Of a DNA stretch of 64,000 bases, positions 34,216 to 45,218 are shown piece after piece. The position numbers and the translations under genes were made by a program. The stretch spans positions 192,001 to 256,000 of the forward strand of contig CAVVHS010000008.1 of the NCBI GenBank assembly GCA_963748215.1. Direction: 5' to 3'. The notes beneath the pieces were generated by a model that did not search any database, was not told where the DNA came from, and saw nothing but the letters and a program-made list of their open reading frames with translations. Origin of the DNA: an uncultured Gammaproteobacteria bacterium. Lineage in GTDB: Bacteria > Pseudomonadota > Gammaproteobacteria > UBA9214. Every line of letters starts with the position of its first letter. The first letter of the stretch is position 1.

Positions 34216-34802
34216 TGCACCGGGTCCGGCGGCGGGTCGAGCTGCCACTGGTCAATGACCAGGCGTACCACCACGTCGTCATGCACCAGGTTCAGCTTCG
34301 CCGGCCAGTCGCTGCCGGCAATGGTCCGGTAGCGCTGGTAGGTGATCACCCAGCCGGATTGCACCAGCTGCTGCAGGCGTCCCTGCGGGTCCAGCGTGAC
34401 CCGGACCGCGCCATCGGGCGCCGACAGGCCACGCACCCAGTAGTGCATCCCGGCCACCGGAATGTCCCAGCCGGTCACTTGTGAAAACAGCACATCCACG
34501 TCGTGTGCCGTGTGGATGCGGGCATTGCTGTCGATGAGGGTTACGCCGCTGGCATCGCCGGTCAGCTGCAGGGCACCCTGCCCGAGCGGCCCGGTCACCT
34601 GCAGGCGGTAATGATCCGCCCGGTTCTCCCAGTCCAGCCCGGCGTGCCAGCCCTGCTCACCCTGGGTCAGCGAAATGCGGCCATTGAATTTCCAGTCCTT
34701 GATGGTCGCCGGGGTTGCGGCACCGGGCACGGTCTCCGGTACTGGCAGCGCGGCGCAGCCGGACAACAGCAGGATCAGCAGGAGCTCGCCGAGGCGCTTC
34801 AC
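34212..34802 (-). CDS. lolB: Outer-membrane lipoprotein insertase LolB
   Basis: Lipobox LSGC, GPLGQG, GWDIPV..YWVRG, and synteny with ispE. Confidence 0.9.
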   Translation of the reverse strand: MKRLGELLLILLLSGCAALPVPETVPGAATPATIKDWKFNGRISLTQGEQGWHAGLDWENRADHYRLQVTGPLGQGALQLTGDASGVTLIDSNARIHTAHDVDVLFSQVTGWDIPVAGMHYWVRGLSAPDGAVRVTLDPQGRLQQLVQSGWVITYQRYRTIAGSDWPAKLNLVHDDVVVRLVIDQWQLDPPPDPVQ

Positions 34803-36586
34803 GGCTTGAGGCGATCGAGGACTTCCAGCAGCACAGCGTTGTCCGGCCCGGCCTGACGCGAGAGTTCAAACACGCGGCGTGCCTCGTCGCGCTCGCCGCT
34901 CATCCACAGCACCTCGCCCAGGTGCGCGCCGATCTCGCTGTCCTGGTTCTTTTCCCAGGCCTGCTCCAGGTAATAGCGTGCCTTTTCCAGGTCGCCGAGC
35001 CGGTAATGCACCCAACCCATGCTGTCGATGATGGCTGGATCATCCGGTTTCTGCAGGAATGCCTTGCTGATATACGCGAGCGCCTCTTCATAACGGTCGG
35101 TCCGGTCCGCCAGTGTATAGCCCAGCGCGTTCAGCGTACGCACATCGTCGGGCTTGGCGGCCAGGATTTTCTTCAGGTCGGCCTCGGCCTCGCTGATGCG
35201 GCCCAGTTGCTCGGCCGTCAGCGCCCGGGAATACAGCAGGTCGTCGTTGTCCGGGCTGTAGGCCAGCGCATCGCTGTAAAGCGTATAGGCCTTGTCATGA
35301 AGACCGGCATCCGCCAGCACCTGGCCTTCGATGATGTAGTAGTTGACTGCCTGTTCCGGGTTTTTCTGGCGCAGGACGCGCATGTGATCCTGCATGCGTG
35401 CGACGTCGCCGTTCTCGACCATGATGGCGGCGGCGCGCAACAGGGCCTGGCTCCAGTAATCACCGGAATCGACCTTGAGATACCAGTCCAGCGCCGTGTC
35501 GCTATTGCCCTGCTCGTACTCGGCGTAACCGAGATAGTAGTAAGCGTTCTGGTCGTCCGGGGTCTGCTTGAGCAACTGTTTGAGGTGTTTCTCACCCGCC
35601 TTGTACTGCCTGGTTTCCAGTTCCAGCAGCGCCAGCGAGTACAGGCCGCCCGCATATTCGGGGTCGATCTTGACCACCTTGGCGAACTGCTGTTTCGCGC
35701 CCTCCAGGTCATCGGCGTCCAGCAGCATGCGACCATAGGCAAACAGCAGGTCGGTGTCGTTCGGGTGCTGCGCCGCCGCATCCTGCAGCATGCGGGTTGC
35801 CTCGGTATTGCGCTCCATGCGTACCAGCACCTGCGCCTTGAGGATGACAGCGGTCGTCAGGCCGGGCGCCAGCACCAGCGCCTTGTCTGCAGCGGCCAGC
35901 GCGGTATCGAGCTGCTCGGCCACCACCGCCATGCGGCACAGGGACATCCAGGCGAAGGCATTGTCCGGGTAACGGTCAACCAGCTGCTGCGTGGCCTTGA
36001 GCGCCGCCTGCCGGTCCGCGTGACGGGCAAGGATGGCCGTGGCCATGCGGAAGCCATCTTCCGGATCGTCGGACACGCTCAGCAGGTAATCCAGCTGGTT
36101 CACGACCTCGTCCAGGTCGCCGGTCTGCAGCGCGAGCGCGGTCAGCGATTTGCGCGCATCGAGATTTGTACTGTCCAGGGCGACCCAGCGACGCGCCGCC
36201 ACCAGGGCGATGTCGTACTGTCGGGCAAAGCTGGCAATCTGCACGGCGCGTTCCGCGACGCGCGGGTCGTCTGCCGCCTCCGCCGCCTCCAGGTAGCGCG
36301 ATACGGAGACATCGAAGTCACCGCGCTGGCCGGCGATTTCCGCCAGCAGGATGTCGTACATCAGGTCACCGGTCAGCGGCTGGCCTGCACCGGCAGCGGG
36401 CTTGCCGCCGGACGAAGGCATGGCCTCCGGCACTGCCACCGGGACCGGCAGCTCGGACCCGGCCGGCTCGTTATTGCGGTCACCGGAGACGGCACAGGAC
36501 GCCATCAGGGCTGCCAGCACCAGGGCCAGCTGGGTACGGCGCAGCACTCCGCAAAATCCGGTCATAGCGTTCTCCATCCGCTCCAT
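34799..36586 (-). CDS. TPR-repeat lipoprotein (conserved upstream of lolB)
   Basis: LLAEIAGQRG, LNALGYTLADRT, DSMGWVHYRLG, EIGAHLGEVLW. Confidence 0.9.
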   Translation of the reverse strand: MERMENAMTGFCGVLRRTQLALVLAALMASCAVSGDRNNEPAGSELPVPVAVPEAMPSSGGKPAAGAGQPLTGDLMYDILLAEIAGQRGDFDVSVSRYLEAAEAADDPRVAERAVQIASFARQYDIALVAARRWVALDSTNLDARKSLTALALQTGDLDEVVNQLDYLLSVSDDPEDGFRMATAILARHADRQAALKATQQLVDRYPDNAFAWMSLCRMAVVAEQLDTALAAADKALVLAPGLTTAVILKAQVLVRMERNTEATRMLQDAAAQHPNDTDLLFAYGRMLLDADDLEGAKQQFAKVVKIDPEYAGGLYSLALLELETRQYKAGEKHLKQLLKQTPDDQNAYYYLGYAEYEQGNSDTALDWYLKVDSGDYWSQALLRAAAIMVENGDVARMQDHMRVLRQKNPEQAVNYYIIEGQVLADAGLHDKAYTLYSDALAYSPDNDDLLYSRALTAEQLGRISEAEADLKKILAAKPDDVRTLNALGYTLADRTDRYEEALAYISKAFLQKPDDPAIIDSMGWVHYRLGDLEKARYYLEQAWEKNQDSEIGAHLGEVLWMSGERDEARRVFELSRQAGPDNAVLLEVLDRLKP

Positions 36587-36820
36587 TCTATCAGTCTCTC
36601 GGTTAACCTGTCAGGAAACACGTGTATTATTCAGCAGTTCCGCCCAGGCAAGCCTGGCTGCAATCGGCCGGGGCGGGTGGCCCGGCACCAGCCAGATGGA
36701 CAACAAAACCGTCCGTTGGTTGTATCTCCCGAATGAAATGCTCAGGATGCGACCCTGCTTGTATATACTGATTCCGCCATGCAGAATTTTGCGTTCACTG
36801 CGGATTTTTCTTGAATTGAC

Positions 36821-38077
36821 ATGTACCTGACCGTTCTTGGCATCAATCACCGGACCGCGCCCGTGGAAATCCGCGGGCAGGTCGCCTTCCCGCCCGAGCA
36901 GATCGAGCGGGCACTGGGTGAGCTGCGCACGCTGGACGGTGTTCACGAAGCCGCCATCCTGTCCACCTGCAACCGCACCGAACTCTACTGCGCGCGCGAG
37001 GACGCCTCGCCCGACGTACTGGCCGACTGGCTGTGCCGGTTCCACGAACTCGAGGCCAACAGCCTCCAGCCGCATATCTATACCTACCAGGAAGAGGACG
37101 CCGTGCGCCACGTGTTGCGCGTTGCCGCGGGCCTGGATTCCATGATCCTCGGCGAGCCGCAGATCCTCGGCCAGATGAAGACATCCTACCAGCAGGCGCT
37201 GCAATCCGGCAGCATCGAGACCCTGGTCAACCGGCTGTTCCAGCATACCTTCCAGGTCGCCAAGCAGATCCGCACCGATACCGCGATCGGCGCGAGCCCG
37301 GTATCGGTCGCGTTTGCCGCGGTTAGCCTGGCCCGGCAGATCTTTGGCAGTCTGGAGAGCCATTGCGCCCTGCTGCTCGGCGCCGGCGAGACCATCGAGC
37401 TGGCCGCGCGCCACCTGCATGAACGCGGCATCAGCAAGCTGATCGTCGCCAACCGTACCATCAGTCGCGCGCATGAGCTGGCCGCGCAATTCGACGGCTA
37501 TGGCATAGGCCTGGACGAGATCCCCGCGCACCTCGAGGAAGCGGACATCGTGATTGCCTCTACCGGCAGCCCGGTCGCGCTGATCGACAGGGCCATGGTC
37601 GAGCGGACCCTGAAAAAGCGCAGGCACCGGCCCGTGCTAATGGTCGACATCGCCGTGCCACCGGACATCAGCGGCGACATCGCTGAACTGGATGATGTCT
37701 ACCTGTACACCATCGACGACCTGAAACAGGTCATCGAGGACAACATGCGCTCGCGCCAGGAAGCCGCGCAACAGGCCGAGGACATCATCGACACCCAGGT
37801 CGCGCATTTCATGTCCTGGGTGCGCGCGCTGGATGCCATTCCCACCCTCTGCAACTACCGGGATCATGCACAGGCCCAGGCCGACGCCGAACTGGACAAG
37901 GCCCTGCACCAGCTCGCCAACGGCGTGCCACCGGCGGAGGCGATGGAAGCACTGACCCGCAACTTGGTCAGGAAGCTCACCCACGACCCGACCGTGAACC
38001 TGCGTACGGCCGTCGCCGAGGGCCGCACCGACCTGCTCGAAGCCGTCTGCACGCTGTTCAACCTGAACAGAAAATAA
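36821..38077 (+). CDS. hemA: Glutamyl-tRNA reductase
   Basis: [39 protein letters not shown]. Confidence 0.96.
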   Translation: MYLTVLGINHRTAPVEIRGQVAFPPEQIERALGELRTLDGVHEAAILSTCNRTELYCAREDASPDVLADWLCRFHELEANSLQPHIYTYQEEDAVRHVLRVAAGLDSMILGEPQILGQMKTSYQQALQSGSIETLVNRLFQHTFQVAKQIRTDTAIGASPVSVAFAAVSLARQIFGSLESHCALLLGAGETIELAARHLHERGISKLIVANRTISRAHELAAQFDGYGIGLDEIPAHLEEADIVIASTGSPVALIDRAMVERTLKKRRHRPVLMVDIAVPPDISGDIAELDDVYLYTIDDLKQVIEDNMRSRQEAAQQAEDIIDTQVAHFMSWVRALDAIPTLCNYRDHAQAQADAELDKALHQLANGVPPAEAMEALTRNLVRKLTHDPTVNLRTAVAEGRTDLLEAVCTLFNLNRK

Positions 38078-38079
38078 CC

Positions 38080-39171
38080 ATGCAAACCAGCATCATCCGC
38101 AAACTCGAGCACATCGAGGAACGCCACCACGAGGTCAGCGCCCTGCTCTCCGATGCCGACACCATCGCCGACCAGGACAGTTACCGCAAGCTGATGCAGG
38201 AGTATGCGCAGCTCGGCCCGGTGGTGGAAATCTTCGCCGCCTGGCAGCGGGCGAACCGCGACCTGGCCTCGGCACAGGACATGCTGAAGGATCCCGACCC
38301 GGACATGCAGGGCATGGCGGAGGATGAATTCGCGCACGCCCAGCAGCGCATGGCGTCACTGGAGACGGAACTGCAGAAGCTGCTGCTGCCGAAAGACCCG
38401 CACGACGATAACAATATCTTTCTCGAAATCCGCGCCGGCACCGGCGGTGACGAGGCCGCCATCTTCGCCGGCGACCTGTTCCGCATGTACTCGCGTTATG
38501 CCGAACTCAACAGGTGGCAGGTCGAGGTACTCAGCGAGAGCCCGGGCGAACACGGCGGCTACAAGGAAATCATCGCGCGCATCATCGGCCATGGCGCCTA
38601 CTCGCGGCTGAAATTCGAGTCCGGCGCGCACCGCGTGCAGCGCGTGCCGGAAACCGAGTCGCAGGGCCGCATCCACACCTCGGCCGCGACCGTGGCCATC
38701 ATGCCCGAGGCCGAGGAGATCGACAGCATCGATATCAACCCGGCCGATCTGAAAGTGGACACCTTCCGCGCCTCGGGCGCCGGCGGTCAGCACGTCAACA
38801 AGACCGATTCGGCCATCCGCATCACCCACCTGCCGAGCGGCATCGTGGTGGAATGCCAGGACGAACGCTCGCAGCACAAGAACCGCGCCCGCGCGCTGTC
38901 ACTGCTGTCCGCGAAGCTGCTTAGCGTCGAACAGGAAAAGCAGAAGGCGCATGAAACCGAGACACGCCGCCTGCTGGTCGGCAGCGGTGACCGCTCCGAG
39001 CGCATCCGCACCTACAACTTTCCGCAGGGACGCATGACCGACCACCGCATCAACCTGACCGTCTACAAGCTCGACGACTTCATGGCCGGCAACCTCGACC
39101 TGGCGATCGAGCCGCTGATCAACGAATACCAGGCCGACCTGCTCAGCGCACTGAATGAGCAACAGCACTGA
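38080..39171 (+). CDS. prfA: Peptide chain release factor 1
   Basis: [14 protein letters not shown] anticodon motif, [10 protein letters not shown]. Confidence 0.97.
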   Translation: MQTSIIRKLEHIEERHHEVSALLSDADTIADQDSYRKLMQEYAQLGPVVEIFAAWQRANRDLASAQDMLKDPDPDMQGMAEDEFAHAQQRMASLETELQKLLLPKDPHDDNNIFLEIRAGTGGDEAAIFAGDLFRMYSRYAELNRWQVEVLSESPGEHGGYKEIIARIIGHGAYSRLKFESGAHRVQRVPETESQGRIHTSAATVAIMPEAEEIDSIDINPADLKVDTFRASGAGGQHVNKTDSAIRITHLPSGIVVECQDERSQHKNRARALSLLSAKLLSVEQEKQKAHETETRRLLVGSGDRSERIRTYNFPQGRMTDHRINLTVYKLDDFMAGNLDLAIEPLINEYQADLLSALNEQQH

Positions 39172-40012
39172 AACACGCACCATCGCGCAACTGCTCACGC
39201 ACGCCACGCAACAACTCGATACGACATCGGCACGGCTCGATGCCGAAGTGTTGCTGGCGCATGCAATCGACAAGCCGCGCAGTCACCTGCACGCCTGGCC
39301 GGACAAGGTGCCCGCACCCGACCAGCAGAGTCGCTTCGCGGCCCTGCTGAAGCGCCGTATCGGCGGCGAGCCGGTCGCCTACCTGACCGGGCAGCGCGAA
39401 TTCTGGTCGCTGTCGCTCACGGTCAGCCGCGACACACTGATACCGCGCCCGGAGACCGAGACCCTGGTGGCACAGGCCCTGTCCGTGATTGCTCGCGACA
39501 GCCGGATCGACATCGCCGACCTCGGTACCGGCAGCGGCGCCGTCGCCCTGGCCATCGCGAGCGAACGACCCAGGGCCCGCATCCTGGCAACGGACCACTC
39601 GGAGTCCGCGCTCGCCATCGCGCGCGCCAATGCGCAGCGGCTCGGCATCGGCAATGTCGAGTTCGTGGCCGGCGACTGGTGCGATGCACTGGGCGAGCGT
39701 CAGTTCGATTTGCTGCTCAGCAACCCGCCCTATATCGCGGCACAGGACCGCCATCTGGCCGAGGGCGATGTGCGCTTCGAACCGCGCAGCGCGCTGGCTG
39801 CCGGCAGCGACGGCATGTCGGCGCTGTCGACCATTGCATCCTGCGCACGGCAACACCTGCGCACTGGCGGCTGGCTGATGCTGGAACATGGCTATGACCA
39901 GCAGGCTGCGGTCATGCGGCTGCTGCAGTCACTCGGCTATCGTGATGTTGCCGACTATCCGGACGATGCCGGGCTCAGCCGGGTCGTTTGCGGCACTTGG
40001 CACCAGCCATGA
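39155..40012 (+). CDS. prmC: Release factor glutamine methyltransferase
   Basis: [26 protein letters not shown]. Confidence 0.95.
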   Translation: MSNSTETRTIAQLLTHATQQLDTTSARLDAEVLLAHAIDKPRSHLHAWPDKVPAPDQQSRFAALLKRRIGGEPVAYLTGQREFWSLSLTVSRDTLIPRPETETLVAQALSVIARDSRIDIADLGTGSGAVALAIASERPRARILATDHSESALAIARANAQRLGIGNVEFVAGDWCDALGERQFDLLLSNPPYIAAQDRHLAEGDVRFEPRSALAAGSDGMSALSTIASCARQHLRTGGWLMLEHGYDQQAAVMRLLQSLGYRDVADYPDDAGLSRVVCGTWHQP

Positions 40013-40198
40013 ATGCAGGGACGGGCCTTGCTATTTACCTGCGGCGGGTTAGGATTAGGGTAGTTCTGACAACTTCGTCATTGCGAGTAATATCGTGACG
40101 AAGCAATCTCCTGCCAATAATCCTGAAATCAGTCGATTGCTTCATAGGCCACGCGTAGTTACGAGAACTCACAATCTCAACAGGGGGCTTGCGAGGCG

Positions 40199-40591
40199 GT
40201 GATCGAGAAACTGAAAAAACGCTCCATCCGGCTCACGAGCAGCGCGGATGAGCCGGCTGCCATCGAGTCTGCGGCCGGACTTCTGCGCGAGGTGAAAGGC
40301 GTGCTGCACGTGCGCATCACCGGGGCAAACCGGCTGGTGGTCAGCTACAACGTGCGCTGTATCACCCTGCAGGTCATCGAGGCCCTGTTGACCGAGTTCG
40401 GCTACCAGCTGCGTACCAGTTTCTTCTGCCGCACCCTGCGCGGCCTGTGCTACTACCTCGAAGATATCGAGTGCTCCGGTGCCAGGCACGACCAGGCCGA
40501 CTGCACCCGCGAGGCCTTCATCAACCGTTACCTCGACCGCCCGCACGGCTGCCGCGATCACCGGCCTGAATACCTGCGGCGCTATCTCTGA
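40199..40591 (+). CDS. Hypothetical protein, possible HMA-like fold with a Cys/His-rich tail
   Basis: Coding-like codon usage. GVLHVRI..LVVSYNV pattern and C-terminal HGCRDHRP. Confidence 0.55.
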   Translation: MIEKLKKRSIRLTSSADEPAAIESAAGLLREVKGVLHVRITGANRLVVSYNVRCITLQVIEALLTEFGYQLRTSFFCRTLRGLCYYLEDIECSGARHDQADCTREAFINRYLDRPHGCRDHRPEYLRRYL

Positions 40592-41055
40592 TCTCGATCG
40601 GGCGCGACAACAACACCACTCCTGCCTGCGGCTGTAGCAAACAAGCTGCATGCGCCGCCATACGGTTGACTGGACGGCACCAGATCCCGAACCAGTGACG
40701 CTACCGATTGTACATCTTGCGTATTCAAGACGGCTGAATGACGAGTTTCAACTCCAGTCGGACCTTTAGCTGCTTATATAACCAACGGCTAAACGAGAAA
40801 GTACGACCCTAATACGACATTTAGTTCCCGCTAATATCCCCCCAGTTCGATGAAGAATCGTCTTGACCGGAAGAGCCCATTGCTTTTGTACTTGCCCAAG
40901 AGTAAATCTATATCAACTTGCCTCTCTTTCGTCCCTTCAGCAAAAAGCCAGACCGACAGGTGCGGTAAAGATGACAGCCATTAACGAATAACAAGCCACC
41001 TTAGGTAGCAGATCGTTTTGGGCGAAATAAACAAACGATTTTACGGAGACATCTC

Positions 41056-41439
41056 ATGCAACAAGAAGAAAAGCTCAAGTATTTGAAAGTAGCTCTTTTT
41101 TTGTTTGGCATCATTTTCATCGCAGGGATCTACGTGATGATGATGTGGGTATGGCCTTCGGGTTGGGGTTGGACGCCACGACAACCCGAATACGAACAGA
41201 TGATTATGGGTTTTTACGCCACATTGGGAGTCTTTTTGATTCGTGCTGCGAAAGACCCTCTAGCTAACGCAAGTCTTATATGGTTCACGATCTGGTCAAG
41301 TATTGTTCACGGTGGAATCATGCTGGTTCAGGCTATCGTCGATGAGACTGAACGGGCAAATCTGTTGGGCGATATCCCGGCTTTATTTCTGGTGGCATTT
41401 GTCCTGTGGTATCTCATGCCTAAAAGAATCCGGGCGTAG
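41056..41439 (+). CDS. Small 4-TM membrane protein (cassette-like)
   Basis: GGAG RBS, four hydrophobic segments, lower GC, followed by a decayed attC. Confidence 0.7.
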   Translation: MQQEEKLKYLKVALFLFGIIFIAGIYVMMMWVWPSGWGWTPRQPEYEQMIMGFYATLGVFLIRAAKDPLANASLIWFTIWSSIVHGGIMLVQAIVDETERANLLGDIPALFLVAFVLWYLMPKRIRA

Positions 41440-41448
41440 TGGGATCAG

Positions 41449-41517
41449 CAGCTAAAATTTTGCTCATTGGGATGCTTCGCCGTGATATGGCTCGCACCCA
41501 CCCGCTAATAGTTAGGC
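41449..41517 (+). mobile_element. Degenerate attC-like site
   Basis: CAGCTAA..TGGGATG..CACCCA..GTTAGGC, with the core site 20 nt before the next ATG. Confidence 0.45.
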
Positions 41518-41536
41518 CTTACTGAGGAAAGTTGAT

Positions 41537-42100
41537 ATGCCTGCGCGATTGTTTTCGTTCATTGGCGGTGAGACAGGCCTCTGGCGTGTCACCGAAATGG
41601 AAGTGATAGTTGGAGAGCCGCTGCCTGCGGCAATAAGGCTCGAAATCGCTTCTGGCTCAGAGATTCCATCCGATCCACATGCGTCCTGGGTTCTTCGTGG
41701 AATAACAAGCAATGAGCGGTATGTCGATCGCGAGGAAAGGCGTCAAATCGTCGCCAAGCTGCTCGATCTTGGGCGCCCGGAGGCAACGTGCGCGGCGCTG
41801 ATCCCGATTCGCAAGAACGAGGCCTGGTGGGCACTCACACAAGAGGAACGCCTGAGCATTTTCAAGGAGCAATCTCACCACACCAAAATCGGACTGGAGC
41901 ATTTTCCCACGCTGGCTAGAAGGCTCCATCACTGCCGTGATCTCTCGGAGAACGAACCGTTCGATTTCATCACTTGGTTCGAGTACGCGCCATCTGATGA
42001 GGTGAGGTTCAACAATCTGCTTGCTGCATTGCGTGCTATACCGGAGTGGCAGTATGTTGAACGAGAAGTGGACATCCGGCTCGAGCGTGATCAGGTCTAA
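41537..42100 (+). CDS. cld: Chlorite dismutase family protein (short, clade-2 type)
   Basis: IPIRKNEAWW, SHHTKIG, LARRLHHCRD, FDFITWFEY, PEWQYVEREV. Confidence 0.8.
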   Translation: MPARLFSFIGGETGLWRVTEMEVIVGEPLPAAIRLEIASGSEIPSDPHASWVLRGITSNERYVDREERRQIVAKLLDLGRPEATCAALIPIRKNEAWWALTQEERLSIFKEQSHHTKIGLEHFPTLARRLHHCRDLSENEPFDFITWFEYAPSDEVRFNNLLAALRAIPEWQYVEREVDIRLERDQV

Positions 42101-42152
42101 CCCTTCGTTGCAGCGGACGGCCTTCGACCGCCGCTGAACTCGATCATTACGA
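42095..42152 (+). mobile_element. attC site (core mutated)
   Basis: GTCTAAC-ccttc-GTTGCAGCGG...CCGCTGAAC-tcgatc-ATTACGA has a typical R''-L''-L'-R' layout, with GTT changed to ATT. Confidence 0.65.
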
Positions 42153-42263
42153 ATGACCGGAGTTGCTGCTTTCCTGTCGTTCGCTAGTTTTCCGGGAAGG
42201 GCAGAAGTTGGCCGGAAACGGTCATCCATGCGAATACTATTTCAGTATAGATTAAGGACTAAT

Positions 42264-42656
42264 ATGAAATTATCGATATATTTAATCCCTCTTCTAGCTA
42301 TTCTTGTTGGAGGCTGCGCATCTACTGAGACTGTAAAGGAGGCGGAAGGTGAAGGCATTAGTCGCACCTACAATTATGCATATGAACCTGTTTACAATGC
42401 CACGCTTGCTGCCGCTAAAGTTAAGAAGCTAGAGGTTGTCGAGAGCGACAAGGAATCTGGCAGGATAATCCTTTCGCATGGAATCACCTTGTGGAGCTGG
42501 GGTGAACGAATCGCAGCATTCATCAAGAAAGTAGCGGATGATACGACGAAAGTAGAAATCATAAGCAAGCCTGTATTGGCTCCACTTAACTTCCCACCTG
42601 ATTGGCAGCAGATACTGCTTGAGCAAATTGCAGTTGAACTGCAATCAACGAAATAG
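42264..42656 (+). CDS. Hypothetical lipoprotein
   Basis: AAGGA RBS, lipobox VGGC, low GC. Confidence 0.7.
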   Translation: MKLSIYLIPLLAILVGGCASTETVKEAEGEGISRTYNYAYEPVYNATLAAAKVKKLEVVESDKESGRIILSHGITLWSWGERIAAFIKKVADDTTKVEIISKPVLAPLNFPPDWQQILLEQIAVELQSTK

Positions 42657-42975
42657 CGCCAAACCACAAATTACGCCAGACCTGTCAATACTTACGCAGG
42701 CCAGTGAGCATAAAATATTTCTGAATGTCTTATACAGCCGGCATGTGACCTACGAGCAGTTAGGCCCTTAAATTCTGAGGCTACTTCCGATTCCGACCCG
42801 AAACGGACGTACAGTTAGTATCAAGCGAGCAGAAAGTTCTGGCCGATCCTGTTCCTGGGACGGTGGCTTTAGGTGTTATCCTGTTGATCGCGACTGGTAT
42901 GAGTGAGTCAAGTTTCGGGCAAAACCGAGGGTCTGCACAAACGAGGGTGTGAAGTGTGTTGCTAATAGTGGCCTG

Positions 42976-44238
42976 ATGGAAGTGGATACAGAATATTTCT
43001 TGGCGCTGGTCGAGGCTTTGGGGATTGGCCTTCTGATTGGTGTCGAGCGCGAGCAGCAAGCGCACAGATCAGGCGAGCAAGCCTCGGCGGGTGTGCGAAC
43101 CTTCACCCTGGCGTCGCTTGTCGGTGCACTCAGCATTCTGGCGGGCGGTGTGCCGCTCCTGGCTGTTGCGGTAGTGATTGTAGGGGCTGTCCGCATTGTC
43201 TCAGTCGTGGTGCGAAGCGACCCGACGGCCGGGCTAACCACAAGCCTTGCGCTTGTCGCGGTCGTGCTGCTGGGTGCGCTTGCCGTAGAAACAGCGACGA
43301 TGGCAGCAGGTGTTGCGGTGGTCATTGCCTCGCTTCTAGCCGCCCGCGAAGTCTTGCACAGTTTTAGCCGGACGGTGTTGACAGCGGTCGAATTGCGCGA
43401 CGGACTTATCCTTGGGGTCTCGATTCTGGTGATCCTGCCGGTCCTGCCCAACCTCGATTTCGGTCCGGGTGGCGCGCTGAACCCGCGCAATCTGTTCATC
43501 ATCGTCGTGCTTATCATGTTGATCGGTGCCGCGGGTCACATCGCGACGCGAGTCGTCGGTGCTCGCCTCGGCCTGCCGCTCAGCGGTTTCCTGTCGGGCT
43601 TCGTGTCGAGCACGGCCACGATCGCCGAACTCGGTCGGCGTGCCAGCGACAAGCCGGACGAGGCGCGCAGCGCTTCCGCGGGGGCGACGCTGTCCTCTGT
43701 GTCGTCGTTGATCCAGATCGGAATCATCCTGTTGTTATTGAGCCCGGCGATGTTTATCGACGGGATGCCGGTCCTGATCGGGGCCGGGCTGGCGGCGGGT
43801 CTTTACGGAGCGGCGACTTTCTTCCTGTCGCTGTATGGCGGAACGAAGCCTGCGGTGCTGGAATTGCCGTCTCAGGTCTTTTCGGTCAATGGTGCTGTTA
43901 AGTTCATGCTAATCGTGGCGTTTGTGATGCTCGTTTCGGCAATTCTCAGTGACCGTTTCGGAAGCGACGCCATACTCCCTGCCGTGGCGCTCGCCGGTCT
44001 GGTAAGCACTAATGCTGCGGCCGTCGCACTCGCCTCACTCGTGGCCGCGGGGCAGATATCCCCCATTCATGGCACCTTGCCTCTGGCTGCCGCGCTGAGC
44101 GCGAACACGGTCGTGCGGCTCTGGATATCCGTGCGCGCCAGCGAATCATCCTACCGCTGGGCCGTGTCCGGTGGCCTTGTGCTCCAACTGGCGGCGCTCT
44201 GGGCCGCCTGGTGGCTGAGCGGCCTGATCCTGGCCTAG
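42976..44238 (+). CDS. MgtC/SapB-family DUF4010 membrane protein
   Basis: ALGIGLLIGVERE, AGVRTFTL, GLTT, ILPVLPN, GFVSSTAT. Confidence 0.85.
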   Translation: MEVDTEYFLALVEALGIGLLIGVEREQQAHRSGEQASAGVRTFTLASLVGALSILAGGVPLLAVAVVIVGAVRIVSVVVRSDPTAGLTTSLALVAVVLLGALAVETATMAAGVAVVIASLLAAREVLHSFSRTVLTAVELRDGLILGVSILVILPVLPNLDFGPGGALNPRNLFIIVVLIMLIGAAGHIATRVVGARLGLPLSGFLSGFVSSTATIAELGRRASDKPDEARSASAGATLSSVSSLIQIGIILLLLSPAMFIDGMPVLIGAGLAAGLYGAATFFLSLYGGTKPAVLELPSQVFSVNGAVKFMLIVAFVMLVSAILSDRFGSDAILPAVALAGLVSTNAAAVALASLVAAGQISPIHGTLPLAAALSANTVVRLWISVRASESSYRWAVSGGLVLQLAALWAAWWLSGLILA

Positions 44239-44458
44239 TTAGCGACCTGCCCATTGGTTGCGGCCCTATTCACGCGCCGAGCTGGAAGCTGCCAGGCAGG
44301 ACACCGGACGCCATTCAGTGCAAGCTATTCGTTATTCAATGTCGCAGGACCGGCTATCTACTGCCGTAAAAAATGCTGAGAGCCTGGGCGTCAGGTAAAT
44401 GTGAACAAGAACCAAGCAACCTGTAGCGAGACAACATTTTAGTCTGTATATCTGCTTG

Positions 44459-44518
44459 TGGCCGGAATAAGACCTGGCTGCTGAATCCATTGGGAGGATT
44501 AGCCGTACTTCTGAAACC
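44459..44518 (+). repeat. 60 bp direct repeat, copy 1
   Basis: 57/60 identical to 47680-47739. Confidence 0.85.
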
Positions 44519-44772
44519 GACCCAAAGTTGCAGTTCCCGTTAGTCCTGGAAACGGCGGAAAAGCACTGTAGTCGGTCATTCAGATTAAGGCGGCTATCGG
44601 TAGCGACTGGACTTCCCCCGGTCTAGTGGACACCTCCAGCTTATAACGCTCATATTTGCCAGCTAGGACTGGAGCAAAATAGCCTGCCATAGACCTCCTT
44701 TTTATCTATATATCGACAAGGGGCGGGACATATGGGCCTCATGCTTAGCTGGAAACGGAATGGAGCGTACTG

Positions 44773-45165
44773 ATGAGTTGGCCAAGAGCACTTGCGACAT
44801 GGCTTCTGATAGTTGTTGCCGAATCAATCCACGGCACTATCCGACAGATCTTCATTATGCCCGTGATAGGCGACCTGCCAGCGCGCCAGGCTGGGGTTTT
44901 TATCGGGTCAGCCATCATCTTCGCAATCGCGTGGATTTGTATACGCTGGATCGGTGCCAGATCGTTTGGGGAACAACTTGAGGTTGGCCTGCTGTGGGTG
45001 GTCCTCATTGTCGTCTTTGAGTTCAGCCTGGGAACTGCTCTAGGCTATACACACGAGCGCATGCTTGCTGACTACAAGCTTGCGGAGGGTGGTTTTATGG
45101 GCCTTGGCTTGCTGTTCATGCTATTTGCTCCTGCGCTGGCGGCCAGGGCACGTGGCGTTGGCTAG
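44773..45165 (+). CDS. Hypothetical membrane protein
   Basis: 130 aa hydrophobic ORF (AESIHGTIRQ..GLLWVVL..FE..LADY). Confidence 0.65.
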   Translation: MSWPRALATWLLIVVAESIHGTIRQIFIMPVIGDLPARQAGVFIGSAIIFAIAWICIRWIGARSFGEQLEVGLLWVVLIVVFEFSLGTALGYTHERMLADYKLAEGGFMGLGLLFMLFAPALAARARGVG

Positions 45166-45218
45166 CGATTCGCTCACTTAAACATTGATACGGCTTATTC
45201 CTGAGAAGGAGTTGCGCA

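Noticed and set aside
34715-36736. Long antisense ORFs (e.g. 34715-36736, 59198-61129, 51279-52817, 778-1980, 26815-28161)
   Set aside because: These are shadow ORFs opposite clearly identified genes, as expected in high-GC DNA.
44608-44640. TGGACTTCCCCCGGTCTAGTGGACACC resembling an IS3-family end
   Set aside because: I found no partner IR or transposase, so it is too weak to list as a feature.
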